From Nostoc sp. (GTDB lineage: Bacteria; Cyanobacteriota; Cyanobacteriia; Cyanobacteriales; Nostocaceae): a stretch of 64,000 bases of DNA. The notes beneath the pieces were generated by a model. It was not told the origin of the DNA and searched no databases. It saw only the letters and a program-made list of their open reading frames with translations. The DNA lies in assembly GCA_036918135.1 (NCBI GenBank), contig JBALDB010000036.1, positions 31,773 through 95,772 of the forward strand, written 5' to 3'. Shown one piece after another: positions 37,674 to 48,490 of this stretch. The number at the start of each line of letters is the position of its first letter. The stretch's first letter is position 1. A program made the translations under genes and the position numbers.

Positions 37674-39110
37674 TTATTTCGTCAGCGACTCCTCCAAAAT
37701 AGATTTTTGTTGCAACCAATCTTGACCGACTTGGATGCTGATATCCGAGGCAAGGTTGCCAGTACTTTCTACACGCACTTCTCCAAATCCCAAAGTATTA
37801 CGAATTGATTCAGCACTGTCACCATCTCCTTGTTGAGCGACGATGTGAGTTACCTCTAAAGGTTCACCCCATGCCTTAGCTATATAAATATTGCGATAAC
37901 CGGATTTTTCCAAAGCTCTAATTAATGGTTGCAGGTTAGAGCGATCGCCACCTGTACTATCTTGAATTGCTACACGTAAAGAACCTGGGTCGGTTACCTG
38001 TGGTTGTTGTTCCTCCTCTGATTCCAGACCAAAGTGTGCAGCCATCAGTTTAGCAATACCATTTTTGTTGGGTAACCAATAGCTAGCATCAAACTCATTC
38101 TTCTCGCTAAAGCGACCTGGGAGCATTAACATTTGCATGTTGGAGCGATTTGTCCGCACTCCAAAACCCAATAGTGCCAACAACTCCTCAACCGTCAAGT
38201 TAGTGTCAATGTGTTCTTTGACCACATCAAGAACTTTAGGTATTTGAGCTACAGTAGCTGGATTGAGAGTCTGATCCATCAAAGCACGGATAACCATTTG
38301 CTGTCGCTGAATCCGACCAATATCTCCGAGTTCGTCATGGCGAAAACGTAGCAATTGTAGTGCCTGATCGCCACCGAGATGTTGCTTACCTGCTTTCAAA
38401 TTGATGTACAAATGCTGAGAATCATCTTGGTACTTCATATCTTTGGGGACGTACACTGTTACGCCACCTAAAGCATCGATCAGCTTCGCAACTCCTAAAA
38501 CGTTAATTCGGACATAGCGATCGATTCCCACTCCACCTAAGAGATTACTGACGGTTTTAGCAGTTAAAGCTGGCCCGCCATCAACATTGGCAGCATTAAT
38601 TTTTTTGACTCCATACCCCTCTATTTCTGTGCGAGTATCTCTAGGAATAGAGAGCATAATTATTTTTTTCGTCTCTGGATCGAATTTGACCAAGAGCATC
38701 ACATCGGAAAGACCATCAAAAGAGTTGACTTGGGGTAAGTATTTGAGATTTTTAGTTTCTTCAGGAGGGTTTTGGATATCTGGCGGTAGTACACTCATTC
38801 CCATAATTAATAGATTAACCGGGCGAGTTAATTCTGAAAATCGCAGCACACCTCCAGAGATGCGATCGCCATCAAATACCGCTTCATCCTGTGGACTTAG
38901 CTGGGCTTGCTGCAAAGGCGTACTAGTTAAAGACACCGCCAACAAAGCCCCTGCTGTTGCTGACACCATCGCAATTCCACTCATACCCACCCAAAACCAC
39001 AGCCAACGTCCAGATCTGGAGTTGCGGGAAATTTTTTTAATCGACTTTGAGGCTTTTCCCGATTGGTTTTCTTCCGCCGAACTTCTTTGAATGGTCACAG
39101 ACTTCCTCAC
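37674..39110 (-). CDS. LCP (LytR-CpsA-Psr) family protein with a LytR_C domain
   Basis: SDVMLLV, LSIPRDT, KINAA, LRFRH and DIGRIQRQQ motifs; N-terminal TM helix. Confidence 0.9.
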   Translation of the reverse strand: MRKSVTIQRSSAEENQSGKASKSIKKISRNSRSGRWLWFWVGMSGIAMVSATAGALLAVSLTSTPLQQAQLSPQDEAVFDGDRISGGVLRFSELTRPVNLLIMGMSVLPPDIQNPPEETKNLKYLPQVNSFDGLSDVMLLVKFDPETKKIIMLSIPRDTRTEIEGYGVKKINAANVDGGPALTAKTVSNLLGGVGIDRYVRINVLGVAKLIDALGGVTVYVPKDMKYQDDSQHLYINLKAGKQHLGGDQALQLLRFRHDELGDIGRIQRQQMVIRALMDQTLNPATVAQIPKVLDVVKEHIDTNLTVEELLALLGFGVRTNRSNMQMLMLPGRFSEKNEFDASYWLPNKNGIAKLMAAHFGLESEEEQQPQVTDPGSLRVAIQDSTGGDRSNLQPLIRALEKSGYRNIYIAKAWGEPLEVTHIVAQQGDGDSAESIRNTLGFGEVRVESTGNLASDISIQVGQDWLQQKSILEESLTK

Positions 39111-39384
39111 ACTTATTCACTAATCAAATTCGGTAAATTTGCAGACTAAAAATATGCAGACAAATCAACCCATAATATCTAACTCTTAATTATTAGTGCT
39201 AACTTTTTTAATGTAGTGTCAACCACAACACTTATAGCAGCATTTTTCCTTCTTTTGGGTAAATTTGGAAATGTTTTTCTGAAGTATGGCAATAATAAAC
39301 TAGATTTGACTAGATAGGATGAAGAAATTAATTCTAATTTTTCCCAAAGTCAGTAAAAATACTGTTAAAATGCATTCAAAAGAT

Positions 39385-39942
39385 TTAAGATAAGTACTTG
39401 CCAACTACCCGTTCTGCTAAAGTAGTAAACCCTGGTAAACGCCCAGATTTGTTCTGTATCAAGCGGAAAATCAACCAGACACTCACTAAAAAATAACCTG
39501 ATGTGAGAAAGCTATTGAGGATAAATAAACGTAGTGTAAAAAAATCTGAAGTTGCTGCTCCGGTAACCAATAATAAATATCCTAATAGCCAAGTAAGTGC
39601 CAAAGTAATAGACAGACGACTAACAGCAAGTTGTTCCCGACTACCCTGGCGGCGATAGAGAGTCCACAGAGATGGGAAAAAACCGATAATCGGAACTAAA
39701 TATAAAAGTAACTGTGTTTTGGGTATTGGGCATCGGGGAGGCAGTGCGGTCTTGGGGTCTCCCCAAGTGGAGCAACTGCCGTCATGGGGCATTGGGCAAA
39801 CAGGGAATGTGGAAGGTGTGGGAGGATGGGGAAGAAATCTTTCCCCCCCTCTCTCCCCACACTCCCCACACTTCCCTATCTCCTCATCTCCCCCACTTTC
39901 CATTTCCCACTCCTCAGTCTCTTTTGGTTGATAATTCTCCAT
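39385..39942 (-). CDS. small membrane protein with a repeat-derived N-terminal insertion
   Basis: C-terminal LYLVPIIGFFPSLWTLY...SRLSITLAL with 3 TM segments; the N-terminus is translated STRR/hairpin DNA. Confidence 0.7.
   Translation of the reverse strand: MENYQPKETEEWEMESGGDEEIGKCGECGERGGERFLPHPPTPSTFPVCPMPHDGSCSTWGDPKTALPPRCPIPKTQLLLYLVPIIGFFPSLWTLYRRQGSREQLAVSRLSITLALTWLLGYLLLVTGAATSDFFTLRLFILNSFLTSGYFLVSVWLIFRLIQNKSGRLPGFTTLAERVVGKYLS
39718..39915. repeat. STRR cluster with an embedded hairpin element
   Basis: GGGCATT/CCCCACA-type heptamers around GGCAGTGCGGTCTTGGGG-TCT-CCCCAAGTGGAGCAACTGCC. Confidence 0.75.
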
Positions 39943-40051
39943 TGGGCTTAGTTTAACTCCTAAACTAGAAGGATGAATAAGACTCGTATAGTTAGAGATA
40001 ATAAACTGTAAAGAAAGATTTAATCTTGTTCTATTCCGCAATCAGCTGAAA

Positions 40052-41227
40052 ATGCAGACACGTAAGCTACTTGACTGGTGGCAGACATTTACACCAATAG
40101 CGCGAATCGGGGCGATCGCGTTATTCGTTCCGCTGCTAGTTCTCAATGGTTGGGCAATTTCGGTATTTTTTAATTATTTCCATTCTCTGATAGTCATTTT
40201 AGTCGGAGCCTCGGTACTAGCATTTCTGCTCAACTACCCCGTAAGTTGGATGGAGCATCAAGGTGCCAGGCGAGAGCAAGTTGCTATTTTAGTATTTCTC
40301 TTGGCTTTATCGATTTTATTGGCATTGGGTGTGACACTTTTTCCTCTAGCCCTCACCCAAGCTCAGCAACTAGTGGCTCGCTTACCAGAGTTAATTGACT
40401 CTGGACGCTCTCAGCTAATGATTCTAAACGAAAAAGCTGATACTTTCGGCTTACCCATAAATCTCGATGCTTTGGTAGTGCAAATCAACGATCGCGTCAA
40501 GGGACAATTGCAAGCGATCGCCGGACAAGTTTTAAATCTAGCTGTAGTTACATTTACTAGTCTGCTAGATATTCTCTTGACGATGGTTTTGACTTTCTAT
40601 CTTTTACAGCATGGGGGTGAACTTTGGCAAAGTTTAGTGGAATGGCTACCTGCTAAATTTCGAGAGCCTTTCTCTAAAACCGTGCGCTTGAGCTTCCAAA
40701 ATTTCTTCATCACCCAGTTGATTTTATCTACCTGTATGGCCTCAGCCTTGATTCCGAGTTTTTTGTGGCTAAAAGTACCATTTGGTTTACTATTTGGCCT
40801 GACTATTGGCATCATGGCTCTCGTGCCTTTTGGTGGTTCTGTAGGCATCGTCCTGACTACACTATTGGTGGCGCTGCAAGATTTCTCAATGGGTGTGAAA
40901 GTTTTAATTGCAGCAGTAATCGTACAACAAATTCTCGAAAATTTAATTGCTCCCCGAATTTTAGGTAGCTTTACTGGTTTAAACCCAGTTTGGATATTAA
41001 TTTCAGTCTTGACAGGAGCAAGAATTGGCGGACTTTTGGGTGTAATTGTGGCAGTACCCACAGCTGTTGTGATTAAGACTGCTTTAGGTGCGCTGCGTCC
41101 TGGAGGGCTGAGCAGTGAAACTGAAGAGGGTGCTAATGGGGAGATAACTCCACCCATTACTGCAAACGACCCCCCGAAAGCCGATGCCAAAAACGCTCTC
41201 AGCATTTCGGAAGCCACATCACCCTAG
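40052..41227 (+). CDS. AI-2E family transporter
   Basis: LAFLLNYPV, VPFGG, QQILENLIAPRILG, GLNPVW and GVIVAVP motifs. Confidence 0.88.
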   Translation: MQTRKLLDWWQTFTPIARIGAIALFVPLLVLNGWAISVFFNYFHSLIVILVGASVLAFLLNYPVSWMEHQGARREQVAILVFLLALSILLALGVTLFPLALTQAQQLVARLPELIDSGRSQLMILNEKADTFGLPINLDALVVQINDRVKGQLQAIAGQVLNLAVVTFTSLLDILLTMVLTFYLLQHGGELWQSLVEWLPAKFREPFSKTVRLSFQNFFITQLILSTCMASALIPSFLWLKVPFGLLFGLTIGIMALVPFGGSVGIVLTTLLVALQDFSMGVKVLIAAVIVQQILENLIAPRILGSFTGLNPVWILISVLTGARIGGLLGVIVAVPTAVVIKTALGALRPGGLSSETEEGANGEITPPITANDPPKADAKNALSISEATSP

Positions 41228-41357
41228 TAGTGCTGCGCGTAATTCGTAATACTCGCCTGTGCATGATAAGCAAGCTACGTAAGTTGTACGTAATTACTAT
41301 ACTGCAAGCGTTTCATAATTTGGAATGAGTAATTTATTTACGCGCCCGGTGTATTAG
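41225..41357. mobile_element. degenerate MITE-like element
   Basis: Imperfect inverted ends TAGTAGTGCTGCGCGTAA / TTACGCGCCCGGTGTATTA around AATTCGT/AATTACG heptamers. Confidence 0.35.
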
Positions 41358-41405
41358 TACAAGGCAAAAGTAAAAAGCAAAATTTAACTTTCAGTTTTGC
41401 CTTGG

Positions 41406-42737
41406 TTACTGTGGCTCAACAATTGAACCCATAAATAAAATACTTCCCGTTTGATTATCCCTAATGGCACAAAAGAAAGGACGGTCAACAATCATTCGGA
41501 ATGGTTTTGGTTCCTGTCTGAAAGCTGTTGCTACTATTCCCACTGAAGTAGCCGCAGCCGCTTCCGTGCCTTCTTCGTTCACTTCGACAAAAGTTTTATG
41601 CTTAACTTGGCTAATGGCAAAGTTTTTACCCATGCCAGAAAAATTAGCTTTGTTGCTGAAAGCCTCTTCCATACCTAAAGCTTTCAAAGCATTGTTAAGT
41701 GTAACATCATATTCGGTTTTGAAGCGGGGTAAGCGAATAAATCCTTTTTGTTTGTTGAACTGAGTCATCCATTTTTCCCAGTTCTCAAAATTCAAGTTTT
41801 GCGAGAAGGCTTTGAGGTTAGAGTTTTGTTTGGGTAAGAAGATATAAAAACTGACTTTCCCATCTTTGCCGTAAGGTAAACTCACAGCCTGAAATTGTTC
41901 GTTTTCATAATATTTGTAGTCACCGTCTTGTGACATCATTGGGTATTGTTTTTGTCTGCCAGATGCGATGTTAAAGGGATATTGGGCAGTTTGATTTTTA
42001 TCAAATGCGTTACTCCAATTCCCTTTAAAATATATAGCATTTATCAGAAACAACACTTGATTGGGATCGATTTGTCCGACTATTTTATTGATTTTTCCAT
42101 CTGTATTATCTTTTACCCAATTATTAATCGTGTTGACGGCTGTAGCATCTTCAAAGTTTAAATTGCTCACCTGGGCTTGATAAAAATCCTCTGTTCTTTT
42201 GAGAAAGTCAGACTGAAATTTAACATCTTGATTCGCCCAAAGCGAGTTAGCAATCTTGAGTTGGACTTTCGGATCTGGATTGTCTAAAAGCTGCTTTAAT
42301 ATTGTTGCGTAAGCAGAGTTGATTTCTGACAGATTCATCCCCTGTAATTCCAGAGTTTTTGCCATTGCTTGTTGAGTCGAACCGCTGGCGCCATTGTAGG
42401 TCATTGCTAAGGCGATCGCTACACTCGAAGGTGAGAGAAAAATATTTTTTTCTCCACCATCACTTTTATTAACTTCTGAAAAAAGTTTGAAGCCAAACTT
42501 ATTGTTAGACTCAAGGATTTTAGTATCAGTATTGACTGTTTTTTTTTCCAATGGAGTTTCTGACTGAGGTAAACTAGATTGAGCAAGGGCACTTTTATTA
42601 CTATCGATCTGAGAACACCCTAAAACACCGAAGATCACAACACTTGCAGCCGCTAGAACATAACGTCTGCCGAGACTAACTCCGTAACGCCTTTGCAGAA
42701 AATTTTCTTTTACACCACTAAATTTTTGCCGATTCAT
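41406..42737 (-). CDS. serpin (serine protease inhibitor), probable lipoprotein
   Basis: NIFLSPSS, INAIYFKG, hinge EEGTEAAAAT and VDRPF motifs; lipobox-like GVLGC. Confidence 0.93.
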   Translation of the reverse strand: MNRQKFSGVKENFLQRRYGVSLGRRYVLAAASVVIFGVLGCSQIDSNKSALAQSSLPQSETPLEKKTVNTDTKILESNNKFGFKLFSEVNKSDGGEKNIFLSPSSVAIALAMTYNGASGSTQQAMAKTLELQGMNLSEINSAYATILKQLLDNPDPKVQLKIANSLWANQDVKFQSDFLKRTEDFYQAQVSNLNFEDATAVNTINNWVKDNTDGKINKIVGQIDPNQVLFLINAIYFKGNWSNAFDKNQTAQYPFNIASGRQKQYPMMSQDGDYKYYENEQFQAVSLPYGKDGKVSFYIFLPKQNSNLKAFSQNLNFENWEKWMTQFNKQKGFIRLPRFKTEYDVTLNNALKALGMEEAFSNKANFSGMGKNFAISQVKHKTFVEVNEEGTEAAAATSVGIVATAFRQEPKPFRMIVDRPFFCAIRDNQTGSILFMGSIVEPQ

Positions 42738-42928
42738 TCTGCTACCTCACCTGCCAAAAATTGTTAATCTGTGTCTCAGGATTGACATAAAACCGCGTCA
42801 ATGATTAACTATTGCACCTGGTGCAATAGAAAAATGGCACTGTTACAGTTTTTGTAACAGCAAGTGAGTGGGCGTTAACTGATGAATGTTAACTGTTAAC
42901 TATTGACTATTAACAGCCAACATTTCTT

Positions 42929-44524
42929 TTAATTAATAGGCACACTCCACCAAGCTAAAGCATAGGGTTGAGTTGCTTCATTTAACTTTTGACGAAACTG
43001 AACGCGGATTTGATAATTTCCAGTAGCAGCAACGGGGCAAAAAATATGTTGTATGCTATCGACTTGACTGATTGAGGAACAAACAGCGCTGATATTTGAG
43101 TTTTGAGCGTCAGCTTTTATTAAGTAAAGGTCGAGGTTGTTCAAGCCGCGATCGCGAAAATTTTCACCCACATCATACTGCTGATTTTTATTGCGATCAT
43201 TGAGTTCTACTAATCGATCCCAACTCAGGGTAATAGCCACAAAACTACCCTGCTTTAACGGTTTTGCTAACGTATAATCAACAGAGCTTCCAACAATGAT
43301 TGTACGATAATCCCAACCAATAGGCGGCACAACAGCTGATGGCTGCCATTGACCAGCATTAAATTGCTGATAAGCTCGAAATACATTTAAATGACCCGCT
43401 CCCATTTGGGCATCCAAAGGAATTTTTGGATCTCGATAAGCATCAGAAGCTAGCCAGTCTTGATTTTGTTTATCAATAAGCGTCCGAGTCATTCCCAAGC
43501 GCAAACCATCACCACTATCTTGGATTTTGTCTGCTGAATTGAGCAATACAGCTTTCATTACTTGATGATGGCGAGAATCTGTACTCCAATGCGGTTGTTT
43601 TGTGCGTATTTGTCGATCGCCGAGTTCCTGTAACAAAGCAACACTTGCGGTAACTTGAGGTGCTGCAAAACTTGTGCCGGTGACTTTATTCGATTTGCCA
43701 TCAGGATTAAGTAAAGTAATGTTATTACCAGGAGCAACAATACTGATAGCGCGACGCCCATCAAGATCGAACTCCCTGCCAGCTAGTCGCCCACTTACTC
43801 CTTGATTAGCACCAGCCAGATTAGCAACATCTACTTTGTTAAAAATCCCTCCCCTGCGGGATGAGAAAGCGACGTTCATGCCGTTAAAGTTATCTGTAGG
43901 AATAGGAATACCACCTTTTCCCTGGTTGCCAGCGATCGCATACAAAACATCATGAACGCGAATAGACCAGTCAACACATAAAGTTAATAAAGCATTGCCG
44001 TCTAAAGTAGCCTCTGGTCGAGGATCGCGGCTTAAAGGTTCACCAAAGCTAAAGTTAATTGCACGGACATCGCCACCATTTTGCAGAGCGATATGCTGGG
44101 CTGATAAGCACTCTTCCGCCTGACCCATGTTTCTAGTTGAACCAACAGCAGACGAGTAAAGTCGCGCCCCCGGAGCAACTCCCGGTATGCCTTTGTCATG
44201 ACTCACCATCACACCAGCAACATTGTAAGCATGGGGGTCAACACCGCTATTTGACTTAGCTGGACCATTGCGTAAGAAGACTGCTGCTAAAGATATGGCA
44301 CGGTTTTTAGACACTGCTTTATCCCAGCCAAACATTCCTGGGCGGCCAATTTCTACCTGACCAATAGCAATCTTGCGACCGATTAAATTATAAGGAGTTT
44401 GGTGTAGTTTCAGAGCATCAATGCCGTTAGTTCCCAAGGGAGATTCTAAAACAGAAGCAATTACTGGCGCACTCAAACACGAAGCACTCAATCCCCAAAT
44501 TATCCAGGTTTGTTTTTTAGTCAT
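42929..44524 (-). CDS. S8 subtilisin-like serine peptidase
   Basis: HAYNVAG (His), IAGN (oxyanion) and GTSFAAPQV (Ser) motifs; signal-like N-terminus. Confidence 0.85.
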   Translation of the reverse strand: MTKKQTWIIWGLSASCLSAPVIASVLESPLGTNGIDALKLHQTPYNLIGRKIAIGQVEIGRPGMFGWDKAVSKNRAISLAAVFLRNGPAKSNSGVDPHAYNVAGVMVSHDKGIPGVAPGARLYSSAVGSTRNMGQAEECLSAQHIALQNGGDVRAINFSFGEPLSRDPRPEATLDGNALLTLCVDWSIRVHDVLYAIAGNQGKGGIPIPTDNFNGMNVAFSSRRGGIFNKVDVANLAGANQGVSGRLAGREFDLDGRRAISIVAPGNNITLLNPDGKSNKVTGTSFAAPQVTASVALLQELGDRQIRTKQPHWSTDSRHHQVMKAVLLNSADKIQDSGDGLRLGMTRTLIDKQNQDWLASDAYRDPKIPLDAQMGAGHLNVFRAYQQFNAGQWQPSAVVPPIGWDYRTIIVGSSVDYTLAKPLKQGSFVAITLSWDRLVELNDRNKNQQYDVGENFRDRGLNNLDLYLIKADAQNSNISAVCSSISQVDSIQHIFCPVAATGNYQIRVQFRQKLNEATQPYALAWWSVPIN

Positions 44525-44574
44525 TTGTTATTTGTTATTAGTCATTTGTCATTTGTCGTCATTGGACATCGCAG

Positions 44575-44606
44575 TGCTGTTAGCGGTAGCGGGGCGTTTA
44601 GCCCGT
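44575..44606. repeat. small dispersed repeat; partial second copy at 51046..51064
   Basis: TGCTGTTAGCGGTAGCGGGGCGTTTAGCCCGT versus TGCTGTTAGCAGTAGCGGG. Confidence 0.55.
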
Positions 44607-44750
44607 TAGGAGTTATTATTCTCCCTGTCCCCGTGCGTCTCCACCTCTCCACTTCCCAATGCCTAAAAAAGCTGGGATCAAAGTTATAATATCTGGCTCA
44701 ATATTTGGTTACAATGTTTACAGACGAGGACGCTTGAAAACCCACTAGCC

Positions 44751-45458
44751 ATGACCCAAAACCTATCTCAAAAGCCCATTGTAATTGCTCCATCTATCCT
44801 ATCAGCCGATTTTAGTCGTCTGGGTGACGAAATTCGCGCCATAGACGCGGCTGGAGCAGATTGGATTCATGTTGATGTAATGGATGGTCGTTTTGTACCT
44901 AATATTACAATAGGTCCTCTGATTGTGGAGGCGATTCGTCCGATTACAACCAAGCCTCTGGATGTCCATTTGATGATTGTGGAGCCAGAAAAGTATGTAG
45001 AGGATTTTGCTAAGGCGGGTGCCGATCATATCACCGTACACTGCGAACATAATGCTTCTCCACACCTGCACCGTACCTTGGGGCAAATTAAAGAGCTTGG
45101 TAAAACAGCTGGAGTTGTACTTAATCCTGGTAGCCCTCTAGAACTAATTGAATACGTTTTAGATTTGTGCGATTTAGTACTAATTATGAGCGTCAACCCT
45201 GGTTTTGGTGGTCAAAGCTTTATCCCTGGTGTGTTACCCAAAATCCGCAAGCTACGCCAAATGTGTGATGAACGTGGTCTTGACCCCTGGATTGAAGTAG
45301 ATGGGGGACTGAAGGCAAATAATACCTGGCAAGTTTTAGAAGCTGGAGCCAATGCGATTGTTGCTGGTTCAGCTGTGTTTAACGCCAATGATTATGCAGA
45401 GGCTATTACAGCAATTCGCAACAGCAAACGTCCTATTCCAGAATTAGCCAAGGTTTAA
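44751..45458 (+). CDS. rpe: ribulose-phosphate 3-epimerase
   Basis: [32 protein letters not shown] and EVDGG motifs. Confidence 0.97.
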   Translation: MTQNLSQKPIVIAPSILSADFSRLGDEIRAIDAAGADWIHVDVMDGRFVPNITIGPLIVEAIRPITTKPLDVHLMIVEPEKYVEDFAKAGADHITVHCEHNASPHLHRTLGQIKELGKTAGVVLNPGSPLELIEYVLDLCDLVLIMSVNPGFGGQSFIPGVLPKIRKLRQMCDERGLDPWIEVDGGLKANNTWQVLEAGANAIVAGSAVFNANDYAEAITAIRNSKRPIPELAKV

Positions 45459-45484
45459 TTCATTTTTATATTGAGAATACCTAT

Positions 45485-45523
45485 AAAAATAGGTTGGGCA
45501 ATCAATTTGCTCAACCTATTTTT
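45485..45523 (+). terminator. rho-independent terminator of rpe
   Basis: AAAAATAGGTTGGGCAA-TCAAT-TTGCTCAACCTATTTTT. Confidence 0.8.
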
Positions 45524-45767
45524 GTTTGCAATAGAAAACTGGAAGTTATTCAAGTTTTTAACTTCCAGTAATTACTATATAAATTGAAAATTTATAAACA
45601 AAAGATAATCCAGGTTAGTTTTATTTTTTAAATTAACTTGCTTGCCAATACCTCTATTTTGCTTGAAGTTGTTATTTTGATTTTATCAATATTATCAGTA
45701 CATATTTGCCATTTTGGCAGATTTATGAAAAATCTGCCATGTATTAAAGAATAGCATGGCAGGATCT

Positions 45768-45945
45768 TATAGCAATCCTAATATCAGAAAGTGAAAAATA
45801 TCAGTAGTGGCTGTTGATTGTTAACAGGAGCTAGTAGGTTGCGTATTTTCCAAGAGTTGTTTGCTTTTATCGTTCCTGTAGGTTAGCAACTGGCTTTCAA
45901 CAGCCAACAATAGTAATATTTCACAAAAGATTTAGGACTGCTATA
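45768..45945. mobile_element. MITE-like element (178 bp)
   Basis: Inverted ends TATAGCAATCCTAA / TTAGGACTGCTATA, with nested inner pairs GTGAAA..ATAT / ATATTTCAC and GGCTGTTGA / TCAACAGCC. Confidence 0.7.
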
Positions 45946-46071
45946 GAGACTCAATCAACTCTCAGGCAAAATCTCTTGATGCAAATTTTTTAATTGAATC
46001 TACAGTTTATCAAACAAATACCTTGGTATTTTTGCTTTTATTTGTGATTCGATTGATTGGTCTTCGTTAAT

Positions 46072-46458
46072 TTACTGCGCCAATCTCCGATCTAAATTAC
46101 CACCACATATTTCTGTTTTTTGCTTTCCAACTACTTCCAGATAAGCTCTCTCTTTAATTTTAGTTAAGCAACTTGATGATACATTCTTTTCGGATCTGGA
46201 ATCATTGGGCTGTTTGAGCAGTTTTAGGTTTTCACTTTGCTGTTGGTTTATCCTGCTCGCTTGAGAGTTTTCTTTGAGCAAGCGATTATAAGTACGATAT
46301 GGAATGTAATGAAGTGGATTATAACCAGCAAATCGCAGCATTAAAACACATGCCCAGGAATACTTTCCGGCAAGAATTGCTTCAACTACTTTATCAAATT
46401 GTTGAGGCTTCATTGCCTTATCTAAGTTACTACTAATACTAGCAATGTCTTGATTCAT
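46072..46458 (-). CDS. hetP: heterocyst differentiation/commitment protein HetP (possibly C-terminally truncated)
   Basis: [45 protein letters not shown] is the HetP-family signature; HetR box upstream. Confidence 0.88.
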   Translation of the reverse strand: MNQDIASISSNLDKAMKPQQFDKVVEAILAGKYSWACVLMLRFAGYNPLHYIPYRTYNRLLKENSQASRINQQQSENLKLLKQPNDSRSEKNVSSSCLTKIKERAYLEVVGKQKTEICGGNLDRRLAQ

Positions 46459-47009
46459 AGTCTTTAGGTCTCTTGGGTGAAGTAAAGTAGTTTGGTTTAT
46501 GCGATTGTTGATGTTTTAATTGAGGCTTACAAACTGCACTAGCCTTTTTACAGCTGTTTAATCACTTTAAGGAAATAATCATAAGAGGACAACGTTATAT
46601 ATTGACGAGGGATAACAATCCATTAACACGTGCAAAGATAAATTTCCCAGATTATGATTGGCTCTCAGAGCTTTGAAGTCTCAATGTAGCTATTAGTAGC
46701 TATTAGTAGATGCAGTTTTGTCCTCTTAACCTTTTTCAACTCCTAATTCAATAAATTTATCTGAATTTTTGCCTGTATCAACTATTACTAGTAAAATTAA
46801 AGCATTCCGGTAAATTTACAAACTTTTTTAGGCTATTACAAAAAAATATTCATCACTCAGCCTTCACAATGCAATTTGGGTTTATACTATTTTTTACTGC
46901 TGATGTCATTTGACAATATAGCAGATTTTTCAACTAATTTATCGAGTAAAGTTAAATATTCACTTATATATTGTGCAACTTTTAATATTGTCTGTTTTAG
47001 GTAATTAAT

Positions 47010-47026
47010 GAGGGGTAAGACCCCTC
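47010..47026 (-). promoter_or_regulatory. HetR-binding palindrome upstream of hetP
   Basis: The minus strand reads GAGGGGTCTTACCCCTC, one mismatch from the Anabaena hetP HetR site GAGGGGTCTAACCCCTC as I recall it; about 550 bp upstream of the ATG. Confidence 0.88.
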
Positions 47027-48356
47027 AGACAATATTAAATTTAAACTCTTATTATTGTCTTATTGCTAGATAATAATAGCATTAACCTTAAGTTAAAACA
47101 ATTTATATATTTAGGAGGATATAGAGTATTACAAGAAATCAATAGATGGATTTATTAAAAAGATTTTCTTCTTAAAAGAGTAAAATGGTTTATTTTCTCT
47201 TAAACTTTTTTAAGGAGTTTTTTAGTATATAAATTAAATTTACTAAAAATCTTTATATATAATATAAAGATTTGAATTATTCAAAAGTTATACTAGATCA
47301 GCAAATTATAATAAGCCTAATGGTAGGTTATAATAAAAAATTAAATATTTTTTAGATCCAGAAATTAATTATATTAGCTTAAAGAGTAAAAGTTAATATT
47401 AGTTGTAATGTTAGATTTTAATAAAAAACTGAAATAAATAAGATGAGATATCAATTATATTTAATTAATTATATACATTATATAAGTAGACAAAAAGTAA
47501 TAGATAATAGCTGTTTTTATAAAAAAATTAGAATTAATTTAAATTAATTTATAGTTATAAAGTTTTTTAACAGTAAATATTAATTACTATAATTAACTGA
47601 TGAGTGCCTTATTTAAGGAGGATAGCTCGGTTTAACACTCTTCCATCGCTTTGGGAAAAAATCACACCTAATTTTTAAATCTTAGACTGGGCAAGGTTTA
47701 AGAGTTTATTTTTTGACTAAAAAGCTGAAATAAAAAGTTTTGGTAAAAGCTTTGTCTCACAAGGGTTATAGATTATAATCTCGAAAAAATGATGGTACAA
47801 AGTTAAGTTATAATGAAATTGGCGTTCCTAAGTCAGAATTGTTAGGTTCTCAATCAGTGGGCGATCGCATTCTTCTGATTGCCAGACAAATGGATAAGAA
47901 ATTTCTTGTCAATGAGCTATTCATGAGTTATGATATAAATCCAACTTATTTCAATTCACTGCAACTGTTAGCACTTCATAGTTGAGTGATGTCTGGGTTG
48001 GACTGGGTCAAGATAGCTAAAATTGTGGCGTCTGCATCTTGGTGTCTTTATCCTGACCATAGCCTTGGGGATTTTAGCAATATTTATGGCTAAAGCTAGT
48101 AATATTTGCATTTTTGAAACAATAGTCTTCAATTCTTAATCCTTCAACTCTTACCATTACTGAAATTTTTCTCTGCTTCCGGAACACTAGAAAAATAAAA
48201 TCACAAATGTCAACTGTGACTTTTGCCGTTATGGGCAAAAATCAAGGAGTGGGAAGTTGTCAAATAAGGTATTTCATTCCTAGTTGGTGGTGCGCCGTTA
48301 TTGCCCCTGCTTGTGAGAAAAAAGGATTAAGGAATTTTGTTATTGGAAAAGGAATA

Positions 48357-48474
48357 ATATTATGTCCGTTCAAATAACCGTCATTGCAACCGTAAACAAG
48401 CAATCCTAAAAGTCTTATGATTGCCTCGTTTCATTCCCAATGACATATTAAGGTTGATTTGTCGGACACGATAT
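48357..48474. mobile_element. MITE-like element with an internal palindrome
   Basis: Ends ATATTATGTCCG / CGGACACGATAT; inner GTCATTG...GCAATC / GATTGC...CAATGAC. Confidence 0.55.
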
Positions 48475-48490
48475 AACAATCAAAATTCAG

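Noticed and set aside
37674..39110. Assigning the name conR to the LCP gene
   Set aside because: Nostocales have several LCP paralogs, and orthology cannot be determined without a search.
40597..41217. 206-aa antisense ORF, and similar shadow ORFs at 38587, 54428 and 55295
   Set aside because: They lie fully opposite well-supported genes and are explained by codon bias or repeat periodicity.
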